A DNA stretch of 64,000 nt from Octopus vulgaris (taxonomy: Eukaryota): the NCBI GenBank assembly GCA_951406725.2, contig OX597815.1, positions 172,050,001 to 172,114,000 of the forward strand, given 5' to 3'. The notes under the pieces are model-generated. The model did no database searches and was not told the DNA's origin. It was given only the letters and a program-made list of their open reading frames with translations. Positions 14,506 through 27,420 of the stretch are shown piece after piece. Numbering within the stretch: position 1 is the first letter of the stretch; each line of letters begins with the position of its first letter. A program made the position numbers and the translations under genes.

Positions 14506-14671
14506 AGGCGCAGGAGTGGCTGTGTGGTAAGTAGCTTGCTAACCAACCATATGGTTCCGGGTTCAGTCCCACTGCGTGGCATCTTGGGCAAGTGTCTTCT
14601 GCTATAGCCCCAGGCCGACCAATGCCTTGTGAGTGGATTTGGTAGACGGAAACTGAAAGAAGCCTGTCGTA

Positions 14672-14738
<67 letters not shown>

Positions 14739-14942
14739 GTTTGTGTGTCTGTGTTTGTCCCCCTAGCATTGCTTGACAACCGATGCTGGTGTGTTTACGT
14801 CCCCGTCACTTAGCGGTTCGGCAAAAGAGACCGAAAGAATAAGTACTGGGCTTACAAAGAATAAGTCCCGGGGTCGATTTGCTCGACTAAAGGCGGTGCT
14901 CCAGCATGGCCGCAGTCAAATGACTGAAAAGAGTAAAAGAGT
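14506..14942 (+). mobile_element. SINE family A, full length
   Basis: Near-identical to the other family A copies. Confidence 0.92.
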
Positions 14943-16234
14943 ATATGAAACCTCAAGTTTGAAGTTGAAGTGATGAGCAACTGACTATCATTATCATCAT
15001 CATCATTGTTTAATGTCCACTTTCCATGCTGGCATGGGATGGACAGTTTGACTGAGGTCTGGCAAGCCAGAAGGCTGCACCAGGCTCCAATCAGATATGA
15101 CAATGTCTACTGCTGGATGCCCTTCCTATCACCAACCACTCTGAGAGTGTAGTGGGTACTTTTTATGAGCCACCGGCATGGGAGCCAGTCAGGCAGCACT
15201 GGCAACGATCACACTTGAATGGTGCATTTTATGTGCCACCGGCACAGGAGCCAGTCAGGTGACACTGTCATTGGCCACTTGTGGTCAAGAAATTCAAACT
15301 TTATTACAATAGCCACTTTAGTCTGTCCATTAGCAAAGGATATAATTTCTGCATTCAATGTTCCTAGCTGACAAATAAGATTCTAAATTTCATTCACAGC
15401 TGAATAGTTAAGAGCAGAAAAGGCAACCAGCAATAAAAAAAATCAAGTGATCATTATCATCATCATTTAATGCCCATTTTTCATGCTGGAATGGACTGGA
15501 TGGTTTGAGAGGATCCAGCATGCTGCAGGATTGTGCTGAGTTACAGTGTCAGTTTTGGTATGGCTCTATGGTTGGATGCCTTTCCTGATGCCAATGGTAT
15601 GCAAACAGAGAATTTGGCATAACCATGCCATTTATATTAGAAAAATAAATGCAATAAAAAAAAAATAACATTCAATAAAATCCAACAATTTAAATTGAAG
15701 AGCCACCTTCATTAAATTCTTATATATATTTTTTCACACAAAGATCCTATTCAGAAACTATGGACATTATTTAGGCACTTACATACTTTTTTACCCAAAT
15801 ACCAAAACTAAAAGTTGTTTGACCATGATCAGTTCAATCTCAACTTTTATAGATTTACCAATGGATTCCACAAACTTCTGATACAGAAATCAAATTTAAT
15901 AACAAATAACTATGCACAATGTCATGTCTGTACTTTTGCTACAGATTTTGAGATGTTTTACTCTACAAATTTTACTTTTATCAACAGTTTGCCAGTCTGA
16001 AAACAGATATACTGACTTCATTTGTAACAGTTACAAAATCACTCTTTTCAAAATTTTAAATCTCAAAATGAAAAAGTTTTATGCAGAAGAATTTTCTCCC
16101 CAAAATTCCTAGCCATAGTGATTGTTATGATTAGCAAACTAATATATTCAGAAGTATTTTTAATAATATTACATATAAAATGCAGTGCAATGGATTACCT
16201 CCATTAGGTAAAGAAATTTTAAAATGTTTCTTAC

Positions 16235-16455
16235 CCAACCTGAGTTTTAGGATAGTCTATTGGGACAGAAACTTTGAAATGAAGAAAGTAATTCTCTTGA
16301 TGAGCTTTAATGATAATTTGGGAAGCTTTTTGCCGAAGTTTAATTTCATCACATTCCTCAAGCATGTTGCGTTTGATTTCTGATATTTCGCTACTGCACA
16401 CACATAAGTTGTTTTCATCCAGGAAGCGACTTACAAAATTTATCATATTCCCCAC
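16235..16455 (-). CDS. RWD/RING gene coding exon 3 (RWD2, VPIDYPKT)
   Basis: tttcccttag acceptor, GG|gtaaga donor; matches ORF 16231..16455. Confidence 0.9.
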
Positions 16456-16752
16456 CTAAGGGAAATAAAATCAAATATATCAGATTTTTAAATCCAAAAG
16501 AATCAAAAAAACACAAACTTAAACAAAGACTGTATTTTACTTCTAAATATTTGTAATATTTTCTGCATTCAACTTTCCTAGCTGACAAATAAGATTCTAT
16601 ATTTCATTCACAGCTATATAGTTAACAGTACAAAAGGCAATCAGTAATAAAAAAATTAAGTGATTGTCATCATTTAATGTCCAGAATTCTCCATGCTATT
16701 CAAAAGAAATGAATTAAAGATCATGAAATTTTTTAAAATGATACAGACTTAC

Positions 16753-16918
16753 CTGGGGTTGGTTTAAATATTTTTTACTTTCTTCATCACATACTTTCTG
16801 GAGGCCATCAAGCAGTTTATCTGACAAAGTTTTGCTGCTCAGTTCAATAATAACTGCCTCTTGAGGATAGTTGACAGGAAATTGCATACGCATTAACAAA
16901 CACTTGAATGAAGTTTTC
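16753..16918 (-). CDS. RWD/RING gene coding exon 2 (RWD1 core, FPVNYPQE)
   Basis: ttttgaag acceptor, CAG|gtaagt donor; YP motif typical of the RWD/UBC-like fold. Confidence 0.9.
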
Positions 16919-17129
16919 CTTCAAAATTAAAGATAAATCATAGTAAAGTTTCAGAGCAAACATATGAGAAACTGATAGTTATCAATATGTAATTAAGTTT
17001 ATAGGACAATAAATTCAGACATTTCAAAAGAATTTACAAGCTGTCATTTACAAGTATTCAAATGATATTGTTTAATTTAATGTGAACAGAGCAAATATTT
17101 CAAGATAAAGATTGTTGTTATTTAAATCT

Positions 17130-17850
17130 AGGTTAAGCCAGAAGAAGAAAACCTGTGACCAAAGGCATTCTAACCAAAACCATCCATCCATCCATACATC
17201 AGAGATCATACTGACCAATGCATTTGATTTTTTTATAAAAAGACTGAACAGAAGATTGTATGGTGCATGCATACAAATAGCAATGCTACATAGTAGTGGA
17301 ATGCGGGTCCTGAATGCAGAGGACATGTGAAGGATAGAGAAGAATAGGTTAATATGCTGCCCTGGATGTGTAATGTTAGTGTACATGTATGACAGAGCTC
17401 TCGTGTATTGAGAGAAAGTTAGGTGTAGTGCAAAAGAGAAGACTATGCTGGTTTGGTAATGTAATGCATAAAGAAGTGCAGGTTAGTTAAAGTAGATGGA
17501 AGGCCAATTTTAAGACACTGAGCCTTATGAAGGAGAAGACAAAGGAGTGAGATATCTGGCATCTTGCTGTATACAAGAAGACCTGTTACCACAGCAGAAC
17601 TGATATTCTAAACCACCTTGATTAATGCTCTCCAGCTGAAGGGATTTTTGTCTTGCAAGTTTTACTCAGTGACCCTGTTGGTGCTGGTGCCATGTAAAAA
17701 AAAGCACCCAGTACACTCTGTAAAGTGGTTGGCGTTAGGAAGGGCATCAAGTCATAGAAACAGCTTGGACCCTGGTACAACTCTCCAGCTTGCCAGCTCT
17801 AGCCAAACCATCCAACTCCTGCCAGCATGGAAAACAGACATTAAATGATG
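17130..17850 (+). mobile_element. Degraded RTE LINE 3' end
   Basis: RLYGACIQIAMLHSS matches RLYDACVRTAMLHGS of the 61-63 kb element; same GGAAGGGCATC 3' UTR. Confidence 0.8.
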
Positions 17851-20800
17851 TTTGAGAACATAAACTAAGAGAGATGTGACTGTTGTGTCAAGTAGGCTTT
17901 TATTGGCTTAAGACCACAAAAGCAGATCTCATAGATGAGAAAACAGAAAAATACAAAAATTCAAAATTTGTTTTTAAAAACATATATAAAAATATACACA
18001 ATAGAATTATTTACAAGTTAATTCTAGTATAACTGTGCAAGAAACCAAATTATAATATTACAAAGAATAAAGCTTTTGCTGCACCCAGGGATTTTATAAA
18101 AGACCAAGAAGGAGGGAAAATTATTTTTTCATGGCTTAGTAAAAGGAGGAGGAAAACCTTCAGATTGGCCTGACCACATTCAAGAGAATGGACTCTACAA
18201 AAGTCACCCAAGAGCCAGATGGTGGTGTTAGACCCAGTAACAGGTTTCATCTACTGTCCAAGAATAGGAATAATCTGACAGGCTTCCATAGTTTCCATAT
18301 TTCACTCATAAGGCTTTCGAAGAGCCAAAGATATGGGAAAAGCTGCTTGCATAAGATACTGCATCTTAGGATTGAACTAGACAGTGTGGAAGTAAACTTG
18401 CTAAAAAAAACCACACAACCCATGACCTGAGAATCTAGCAAAGTTGCTCACCTCAGGGCTCACAAAATCATTAGTCAATCACACTCATACAATTAATATA
18501 TACCTCAGAGCTGGGTTATTCTCTCTCTCTCTTAATCCCTTTCTTTCATTATATGAATACTTGACTTACTGTCAGTTGCAGGTAGACTCACTCACACATA
18601 TAGATAATACCAGTCTGTATATCTTCCTACTAGGCATGCTCATATTGCCTAAACAGTGACCACAAAAATAGCTTGCAATAAAGACTCAACAATCTACTTC
18701 CATTCAAAAGTACCAAAATACAGTGACCACATATCTGAAGAAGACATACCACCATTCAACATTCTCACTGTCTATCAACAACACCCAACTAAATCCATAA
18801 CTATGTTCACTGGCAACCATATATATACATGGCATAGCAAATAGTGTTCTGTAAAGACTTTTTTTTTTACATAACCAGAGCCAGAGAATACTTCAACTCT
18901 GAAAAGTTACTGACCATATGGAAAACATATATAGCTTACAAAACAATATTTACATTTGGGATGTTGTACTTATTGTTTTAGTTGCTTAGACAAGAGGAAA
19001 AGCAGTGCTCGTAATTATTACAGGTCTTCCAAGACTGCTGGAGAAAGTTAAAGGAAGAACCACTGAACTGAGAGTTATAGTTGGAAGAAGTGGATTAGGA
19101 TTATGGAGTTATCCTCTGACTCAAAAACAGAAGAGACACTAAAGAGTCATATAACAGATTTAAACTAGGTAATGGATTAGGTCTAACAGACAAGAATATA
19201 TACAGTTATGTGGGCTTCCGCACAGTTTTTGACTTCTTAAATTCCACACATAAGGCTTTGTGAAGGGAATTTGGTCAATCCAATCTTTGGTAGAAGTCAC
19301 ATGCTAAAAGTGTCACACAATGAGATCAAACCTGAAATTATGCAATTGAGAAGCTTTTTAACTCTCACACCTGCTCTCAAACATACATTCAAATTCTGGG
19401 ACAATGTCCAGAATTTTAAAAAATAGAGGAAAAATAACTTCTACTTCAACAAGCTTTCATTCAACAACACATTATAACTTGACTATTACTCACTGTCTCT
19501 CTCTCATTACTACTACAATAGTTTAAACTCTATCTTGTTATCAATACTAATTCTATTTAAATGAACTGAATGCCACTTGATCCCCAACCCCTAAACTGGT
19601 ATATTTGTTACAACTCTTATTCTGTCTTGTCATTTTTTTAAAAAATATTTCATCTTTAATTCAGGAGGGAAAGCAATATCCACATCTAATGCTGGTGGAA
19701 GGAAGAAAGAAGGTATATCCAAACCAGAGACTTGGTTCAAATGTTTGCAACAGAGTGGACTCTGCTGAAGGTATCCAAAGTGCCATATAGTGGTGTTTAA
19801 CCGGGCAACAATTAAATCTACCACTCAAGTAAGCAGTGGCAGGATTTGAGCTCTTGGACTATGTAGTAAAATCTCACTTGGACATTTCCCCCTAATAACT
19901 TCATTTTAAGAGACTTTGAAATGATTATGAGCATGAACCAATGCAAGGCAAAGAAAAATTAACGAACTCAGGCTTTGAAAACTAATTTAATATTAAGCTG
20001 ACATTCAACATGCTACTTCTGACAATCTACAGAGCTAGGTTTGTTTGTATTTGATGGTGAGTTATTGTTAAGCATCAGGACAATTCTGATTAAATAAACC
20101 TATGATCAAAGACATAACAATCATGATCATGCCATCTTTTCACAGGTACCGAGGATAACATTCTCTAACATATCCTCTAAAATTTTAAGAAGATTGTTTT
20201 GTTTTTTTTATATCAAGTCCAGTGACCACATATCATAATTGCTGGCATATAAAGAGTGCATTTTTAAAAAATATATCAAAAAATTGCCCTGCATGCAATG
20301 CAGTTGTATTATGGATGCAAGAATGAGTATTGCCGGCTAGAAAGCTGGATGAGCAAAAGATCTACTAGGCACATTAATTATTATTAATAGTATAGTATAG
20401 AAAATAAGCCAAAATATCACAGTCTGCTTGCAAAAACTAATGAAAAATTGCTTACAGTAAATCAGTAACGTGGTGGAGCGACATCATCTCATCATACCAC
20501 CTTCTCTAGCATACACAATCCACATCTGATATGTGTCTTACTTTATTTAATGACCTCATTACCTTTAAGAAGCATTTTGTTTTTAATTATCTAAATGAAA
20601 ATTCTATTAGAAAGATGTAGAGTGTTAAATTTCCAGTCACCTGTCAGCTGTTTGCAATGAGTGAATGACAACAGAATAATAATGGTGTACCACCCTGGTG
20701 GCTGAATGCAGTAATGCAAAACATTAAAGCCAAATATACAAATTTTACCATTGTGTAAGGCCGTTCACTTGACCATAATATAAACAGCTACACAGTTGAT

Positions 20801-20934
20801 ATGGAAAAAGATAAAAAAAGTTGAAATATGTTATTTGTATAATGTAATTGCATATGATAAATTTACGGTTTCATATTTTATTTCAATGTTCTGTCACAGT
20901 ATTGTACTTACAAGCACAGAATTAGACATTTTCC

Positions 20935-21900
20935 TCTCAGGAAGACAAGGGGCAAAGAATTGCAGGCCAGTCTCAAAATGCTGAGCCTTATGAAAGAAGA
21001 TGACAGAGGACAAAGATATGTGGTGCATTGCTATACTAAAGAAGACCCACCCACCACAACAGAACTGAGATCCTAAAACCAAAGTGCCACATAAAAAGCA
21101 TTGGTGATGGTGCCACATAAAAAAAGCACCTAGTACACACTGTAAATCGGTTTGTGTTAGGAAGGGCATCCAGCTGTAGAAACCAAGTCAAAACAGACTA
21201 TGGAACACGGTGTGACCTCTGGCCTTGCCAATTACTGTCAAGTCGTCTAACCCATGCCAGTATGGAAAATGGATGTCAAATGTTGGGGGCATAACCAGCC
21301 CATTTATGCGTACCTTTTCCTTCTTTAGACACAAAACTCTGCTTGCGAAGACCTGTTGAGGCAAGTGAAATCGAAATCAAATTCAATGACTGGCATCTGT
21401 GCTAGTGGGGTGCAAAGAGCACCATACGTGTGTGATCGTTGACAGAGTGGCTAGCCCGCTTCCATGCCAGTGGCACATAAAAGGCACCATTCGAGTATGA
21501 TTGTTACCAGCGTCGGCTTACTGGCACTTGTGCCCCGTGCTAGTAGTGTGCAAAGAGCACCATCCGAGCGTGATCGTTGCCAGAGCAGCTAACTGGCACA
21601 TAAAAGGCACCATTCGAGCGTGATCGTTACCAGCATCGCCTTACTGGCACTTGTGCCAGTGGCATGTGTTAAAACATTCGAGCGAGATCATTGCCAGTAC
21701 CGCCTGACTGGCCCCCGTGCCGGTGGCACGTAAAAGCATCCACTACACTCTCGGAGTGGTTGGCATTAGGAAGGGCATCCAGATGTAGAAACTCTGCCAG
21801 ATTAAGATTGGAGCCTGGTGCAGCCATCTGGCTTGTCAGCCTCAGTCAAATCGTCCAACCCATGCTACCATGGAAAGCGGACGTTAAACGATGATGATGA
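20935..21900 (+). mobile_element. Two adjacent RTE 3'-end fragments with minisatellite and (GAT)n tail
   Basis: 3' UTR motifs shared with 63870-64000; similar tails at 12803-12950(-), 14987-15280(-) and 39175-39487(+). Confidence 0.8.
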
Positions 21901-22173
21901 AGACCACTTAGAAATATTCAATAGGCCTATGATGAAACATGCTGAATTTATTTTCCCCCAAAATATACTTCTAAAGCTGGGAAGCGTCTTACGCGTGAAT
22001 ATGCAATATATGCCAGCTAATACGGTTGCACACCAATTGTCACGTAGGATGATGTGTTTCATTTTGTGTAGTAATATAACTATGGAACCTGAAGTTCAAA
22101 TTGTGACTTTCTAGCCACGCTGAAAATACTGCTGTTTCTGTATATGAAAGAAATATTAAAAAATTACACTTAC

Positions 22174-22295
22174 TTTATAGTAATCGCAACCAATGCCTCC
22201 AGACAAGTGTGTAACTGGGATCCTTCCATACGAGACCATTCCTTTTCAACAATCTGTAACTCATTTTGAATGAATTTATCTCGATCTTTTGCCAT
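22174..22295 (-). CDS. Tandem-RWD/RING-H2 putative E3 ligase, coding exon 1 of 7 (MAKDRDKF...AITI)
   Basis: ATG at 22295; open 122 nt; AA|gtaagt donor whose phase 2 matches the next exon. The seven exons join to 990 nt = 329 aa + stop. Confidence 0.85.
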
Positions 22296-23514
22296 AGTTT
22301 GAATATCCAATTCTACAAACAGTGTATGAATATTTCATTATAGTTTATATTGACTTGAAAATAAAAGATAACACAAACATAAAATCACAAAGTTTTATAG
22401 AAGTAAGCACTTGCGTTGGTTAAAGACTTATTAAAACAAAACGAAGAAAATATATGTATAATTCTTCCTACACGCACACTTTTTGATGATTCAATACATT
22501 ACGGGTATGACATAACGACACGATGACGAGTTTATATGCGGTAGCTTGACTGCTAGAAATGGCAGCTAAATCACCCTCAACACAACCTACAGTCTTAATA
22601 ATAATAAAAAAGAAAGACATTGTACGATGTTGTCACTGATATATAAAAAGACAGATTGGCAAAGCCAGAACGCCTTTTATCCCGTGTCCCGTTTGATCAC
22701 AGCTGACAACAACCACATTAACTTCTAAGAATACAGTTTTATATATTTTGCTTTCTTAATATTCGAGTCTAATAAAAGCATATAGCAAAGGTAGAGTTAA
22801 TCAACTTTATCCATTTGTCCGTGAGACATAATCCTCATCAGATGAATATCACACTTTATGTAAGTCAGTAAACCTTCTGACATTGCAGAAACTTTTCGTA
22901 GAGATAAAGAAATGTATTCAATTTGATACTAACATAATTCGAAACATATTATTCAATAAATATATTGCTTTATAACTCAAAATTTCTATTGGAAACAATA
23001 GAAATAGCGCCCTATTCGCCCCACCAAAAAAAAAAAGTACGAATGAAAGCTAATGAGAAAAAAATAAACTAAAACAAAGAAATTTACGCACAAGCAAAAT
23101 CTTTAAAAATGTCGAAAATTACGATTGGTTCCACAAGTGACATTTGATACAAAATTTCCACTTCTACATCATCTATATACTTTGTCTTCCCAAATAAACG
23201 AATTCTAGAAAATTTAAATACAAGAGAATAACATGAATTTTTAATAATCATGATGATGACGATTCGGTGCACAGTCGGTCTGTGTGAATCTGCAACAGAT
23301 TTTTATATTATATAGAAGTTTGTGAAATATCCATGCTTTCTACACAGAACAATAATAATATTATCAAGACAAATAATAAGGATTAATATTGGCAGACATA
23401 GATTTATAGAATATCTAGTAAAGAATGATTATTTTGGTGGATATTTTAAAAATGATGATGATTTGTTTATATGCCAGTAACAATGATTGTCAAACAAATA
23501 CTAGTTCAACTTAC

Positions 23515-23600
23515 AAATGCTCTCTCTCCACATGTCATGAGTAAGCGGCCATATTAAGCATGCGCCGCCGCTAACAACGAAATCTTCTCCCAATCACCTA
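23515..23600 (-). promoter_or_regulatory. Probable promoter / non-coding first exon of the RWD/RING gene
   Basis: Local GC/CpG enrichment, YY1-like AATATGGCCGC (23555-23545), gtaagt donor at 23514, matching tttgtag acceptor at 22313. Confidence 0.45.
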
Positions 23601-23794
23601 TTTTAGATGTCAGTGGAATCCTGCTGCTGCTGCAAGCGGAAGTCGACCTCTTTTACAGTTTCTGTTTACAGCGTTTAAGTGAAGTCCAACACCTCATAAG
23701 GGGAAGCAACTCTCAAATCATTACATTTTTTAACAAGCTAAACTGGCTAATAGGAACACCAGTTTCTATTTTGGCTCTATCAATGTATATATAT

Positions 23795-23990
23795 ATTTCT
23801 TTACTACCCACAAGGGGCTAAACATAGAGGGGACAAACGGATTAAGTCGATTACATCGACCCCAGTGCGATTACATCGACCCCGAAAGGATGAAAGGCAA
23901 AGTCGACCTCGGCGGAATTTGAACTCAGAACGTCGCGGCTGACGAAATACGGCTACGCATTTCGCCCGGCGTGCTAACGATTCTGCCAGT
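23795..23990 (-). mobile_element. SINE family B, young CpG-rich copy with long flanking direct repeat
   Basis: CTGGCAGAATCGTTAGCACG...GTTCAAATTCCGCCGAGGTCGACTTTGCC; relatives at 1437-1650, 2415-2620, 33005-33220 and 58318-58500. Confidence 0.88.
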
Positions 23991-24329
23991 TTCTATTTTG
24001 GCTCTATTAATCTATATATCGTTGACGGCGAGTTGAACTGCTGCTGCCTCTTGTGGTTTAGTGTCCATCATTGACAAGACCAAGCAAGGTGGAAATCATA
24101 TGACTAGTGGTAGCGGAGATTTATGTCTCCACTAGCGAGTGCATTTTGCTCCAAAAAGTCAACTATGAGAGTTTCTCATGGTAACTACCTCAGTATAGTT
24201 TGTTCTAATAGAACATTTAAGTGGCGATAAATATTGCCTCTCGGTTTTAATACTGCCTCTGTCGCTAATATATTTCTTTCTGTTTCTATTTACTATACGG
24301 ATAAGTGGAGATACTAGAAAAAGAATGGG

Positions 24330-24741
24330 GGATCTTTTCGGTTTGAACGGCAGTTTTTAAAAATAATTTCCACGTAACTAAACACTTTTAAACTTCGTAT
24401 ACTAGTAGAATGTGTTTATAAAACATCTTTTTCTCTTGACTTTATTGAGAAAATTCTATAGTTTGTAAGATATTTGTTGTTTTTTTCTTCAATTTTTGCA
24501 AATTCAACCAATCAATGACGTCTATTGAGGTAAAAAAAACATTCTGTGCCGTATGAATATGTCCCTCGTTTAAGAAACATATTGGGTTTATTTACATTTG
24601 TGAAGAAAAAAAGATACCCTTCCCCCCACCCCTAACCCTAACCCTAACCTTAAAACAGATTGAAATGCAATAGATTGATACTAGGGTCATAATTATGGGT
24701 GACACCGCTAGAAAAAACTGCCGTTCAAACCGAAAATATCC
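24330..24741. mobile_element. Non-autonomous TIR element (Merlin-like MITE), 412 bp
   Basis: 29-bp TIRs starting GG (1 mismatch); perfect 8-bp TSD AGAATGGG at 24322-24329 and 24742-24749. Confidence 0.85.
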
Positions 24742-25649
24742 AGAATGGGTTGCAGACAATTTGATTGGGAAATCCCATAAGGAATCAGTTTATTGATTTT
24801 TCACCTCAAAAAGGACTTAACCGAACACAACATTGCTGATTCAAAAAATCTATATTTATATTTTAAAGTTAGTTTTCACACCCAGCCCAGTTCTGCAGAA
24901 TCAGTGTCACGACTGGAATGCATGGGTTGGGAGTTTGACCGGCAGAAGTAATCAGGTTGCACATGCCGGCCCTTTCGACCCCCACCCGATCATCATCTAA
25001 CCCCCCCCCCCCTTGGCCCATGGGTTTGGAACTCTTCCGGCAAGGAAAATATAACGCCCAAAAGGGCTCCCGATCCTCTGTATCAGAAGAGGTTATGTTC
25101 GGATCACAACTATGCCTTAACCTAAGCCTAAGCTAACTTAGCGAAAGGGGGCTCGGGAGCTTCTAAAAGGCAGCGACTAATCCCGATCTAGTCCTAACCT
25201 CTCCATCGGTCAAAGCTGCATCGAAGATATGCATTGGAGATGGTTGCCTCGGAGATCTGCATTGAAGGTTTGCACTGGATAAGGATGCATCGAAGGTTTG
25301 CATTGGAGATCTGCAGTGAAGGTTGACTCAAAGATTTCGATTGGATAAGGTTGCATTAGAGATCTGCATTGGAGAAGGTTGATTCAAAGGTTTGCATTGG
25401 GGATCCGAATTGGAGTAGCTTAGGAAAACTTAATGACAGTCTTAACAAAAAAATAGGGGGCCTAACTCTATGAGCAACTTGGCCAAGCGCTGATATCGGC
25501 TGAGTGAGCATTGTTGTCGGAGAAGTCAGCATTGTCCAATAAAGAAGAGGAAGAGTCCATGCGTCATGTTGCCATGGTTTGAGAATATGTCCGGCCAATG
25601 CTTCTGGATCACCTGTTTATAAAACCACATAGGCTGCAATGATGACTTG

Positions 25650-26456
25650 TTCTTTCTACGTCTATAAAACTTTGCTATAGATAACATTGCGTGTTCTGCC
25701 CTGAGGAGCATACACAAAAAGAGCGATTCTACTCCCCACACGAGAGCAGGCCACATAAAGTTGCCCATGTGAAAAGCACGGTTCCCCCAAATGGATGCAT
25801 TCCACCGATTGTGTTTGGCCTTGTGATTTGTTGATGGACATGGCGAAGCATGACCTCACCGGGAACTGCGATCTGCGGAAGTTAAACGGCATGTCTGACC
25901 CCGGGGGATAAAGGTGCATCCTTGAAATGAAAACATATTCCCCCTCCCGCACACTGTAACAATGGTGGCCTCAATAAAGTGGGGCGTCAGGGACTTGTCT
26001 ACCAAGCGGGTCCCGATGCAATGTTCAGGTGGATAAAGCGTGTACTCTTTATCCCATTTGAGTTTTATTGAATGCTTGTGTAAAATTTTCTTAACAATAG
26101 GATATATTGTAAGTCTATACACACACACACACACGCAAACACACACTTGCTATTATTGTTGTTGTGATACATGTACTCTTTATTCTATTTGAGTTGTTGT
26201 TTTGAGGTGTTCCACTAATTGGATGGTAGGTTTTATGAGGTGAGGATTAAAGCAGTGATTTATTTCTGGTATCATTATATCATCGAAGATTTTATGGCAG
26301 GAGATAAGTTTCGGCGAGGACTATCCTTTGTTTTGAGTCACAGAGTTGTCAATGATCTATCAGCTGTTAAGGTACAGCATTCGGTAAATTCCGTAAAAAA
26401 AATTTATTTGGCTTTTGATGCGGAAAGAGAGAGAGACGGGGGGAAGTGTGTGTTGT

Positions 26457-26491
<35 letters not shown>

Positions 26492-26680
26492 TAGCGTAAA
26501 TTTTATTTTACTTTTTCTTGCATCTTTTTTAGCGTGTTTGACAGAGAGAGAGGGGGGAGCGTTACGATATCACACACACACACACACACTCTCTCTCTCT
26601 CTCTCTCTGTCAATCACTCACTCAAAAGAGATGCAACGAAAAAAATAATTTTAAAAATGTACGCTGTCACTCTCTCTCTC

Positions 26681-26718
<38 letters not shown>

Positions 26719-26988
26719 CAGCACACCTTCTCTTCGCCATTGCAAGAAGGGGACTTAACTCATGTTAGCAAACAGATTTCACCGACGTTCAAAATTGGTA
26801 AGAGTTATGGTTGAAAATCGATTTATACCGCTATCCGCGGGTGTCTCAGGGAAAATAAGTTGACAAAAGCACAGCCATGGTCGTTACCAATGTCCTCCTA
26901 AAATTGGAGCGACATGCGTGCTAATCTGTGGACGTGAATAAATTACATTCACGTACACACACACACATCCTGCCTTTTATAGATATAG

Positions 26989-26989
<1 letters not shown>
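25650..26989 (-). mobile_element. Non-autonomous Helitron with PIF1-helicase C-terminal remnant
   Basis: RRSQFPVRSCFAMSINKSQGQT...FSHGQLYVACSRV; 5' TCTATATCTATAAAAG end at 26989; 3' end not located. Confidence 0.8.
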
Positions 26990-27019
<30 letters not shown>

Positions 27020-27048
27020 TGTATGTATGAATGTATGTATGTATATAT

Positions 27049-27420
27049 AGGTGTGGCTGTGTGGTTAGAAGTTTGCTTCTCAACCACATGGCTCCGGGTC
27101 AGTCCCACTGTGTGACACCTTGGGCAAGTGTCTATTATTATAGCCTCGGGCCGACCAAAGCCTTGTGAGTGGATTTGGTTGACGGAAACAAAGAATCTCG
27201 TCGTGTGTGTGTGTGTGTGCATGTGTCCACGCCATCGGTTGGCAACCGATGCTGGTGTGTTTCTGTCCCTGTAACTTAGCAGCTCGGCAAAAGCGACTGA
27301 TAGAATAAGTACTAGGCTTACAAAGAATAAGTCTTGGGGTTAATTTTTTCGACTAAAACCCTTTAAGGTTGTGCTCCAGCATGGCCGCAGTCAAATGACT
27401 GAAACAAGAATTAAAAGAAT
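27049..27420 (+). mobile_element. SINE family A
   Basis: Same head, body and tail. Confidence 0.9.

Noticed and set aside
14506-14580. tRNA genes
   Set aside because: The A/B boxes belong to SINE heads; no complete cloverleaf seen.
18050-18450. Possible LINE endonuclease remnant (LLGDF) on the minus strand
   Set aside because: Too decayed to assign from sequence alone.
24630-24653. True telomere or fusion site
   Set aside because: Only four units, and they lie inside a MITE.
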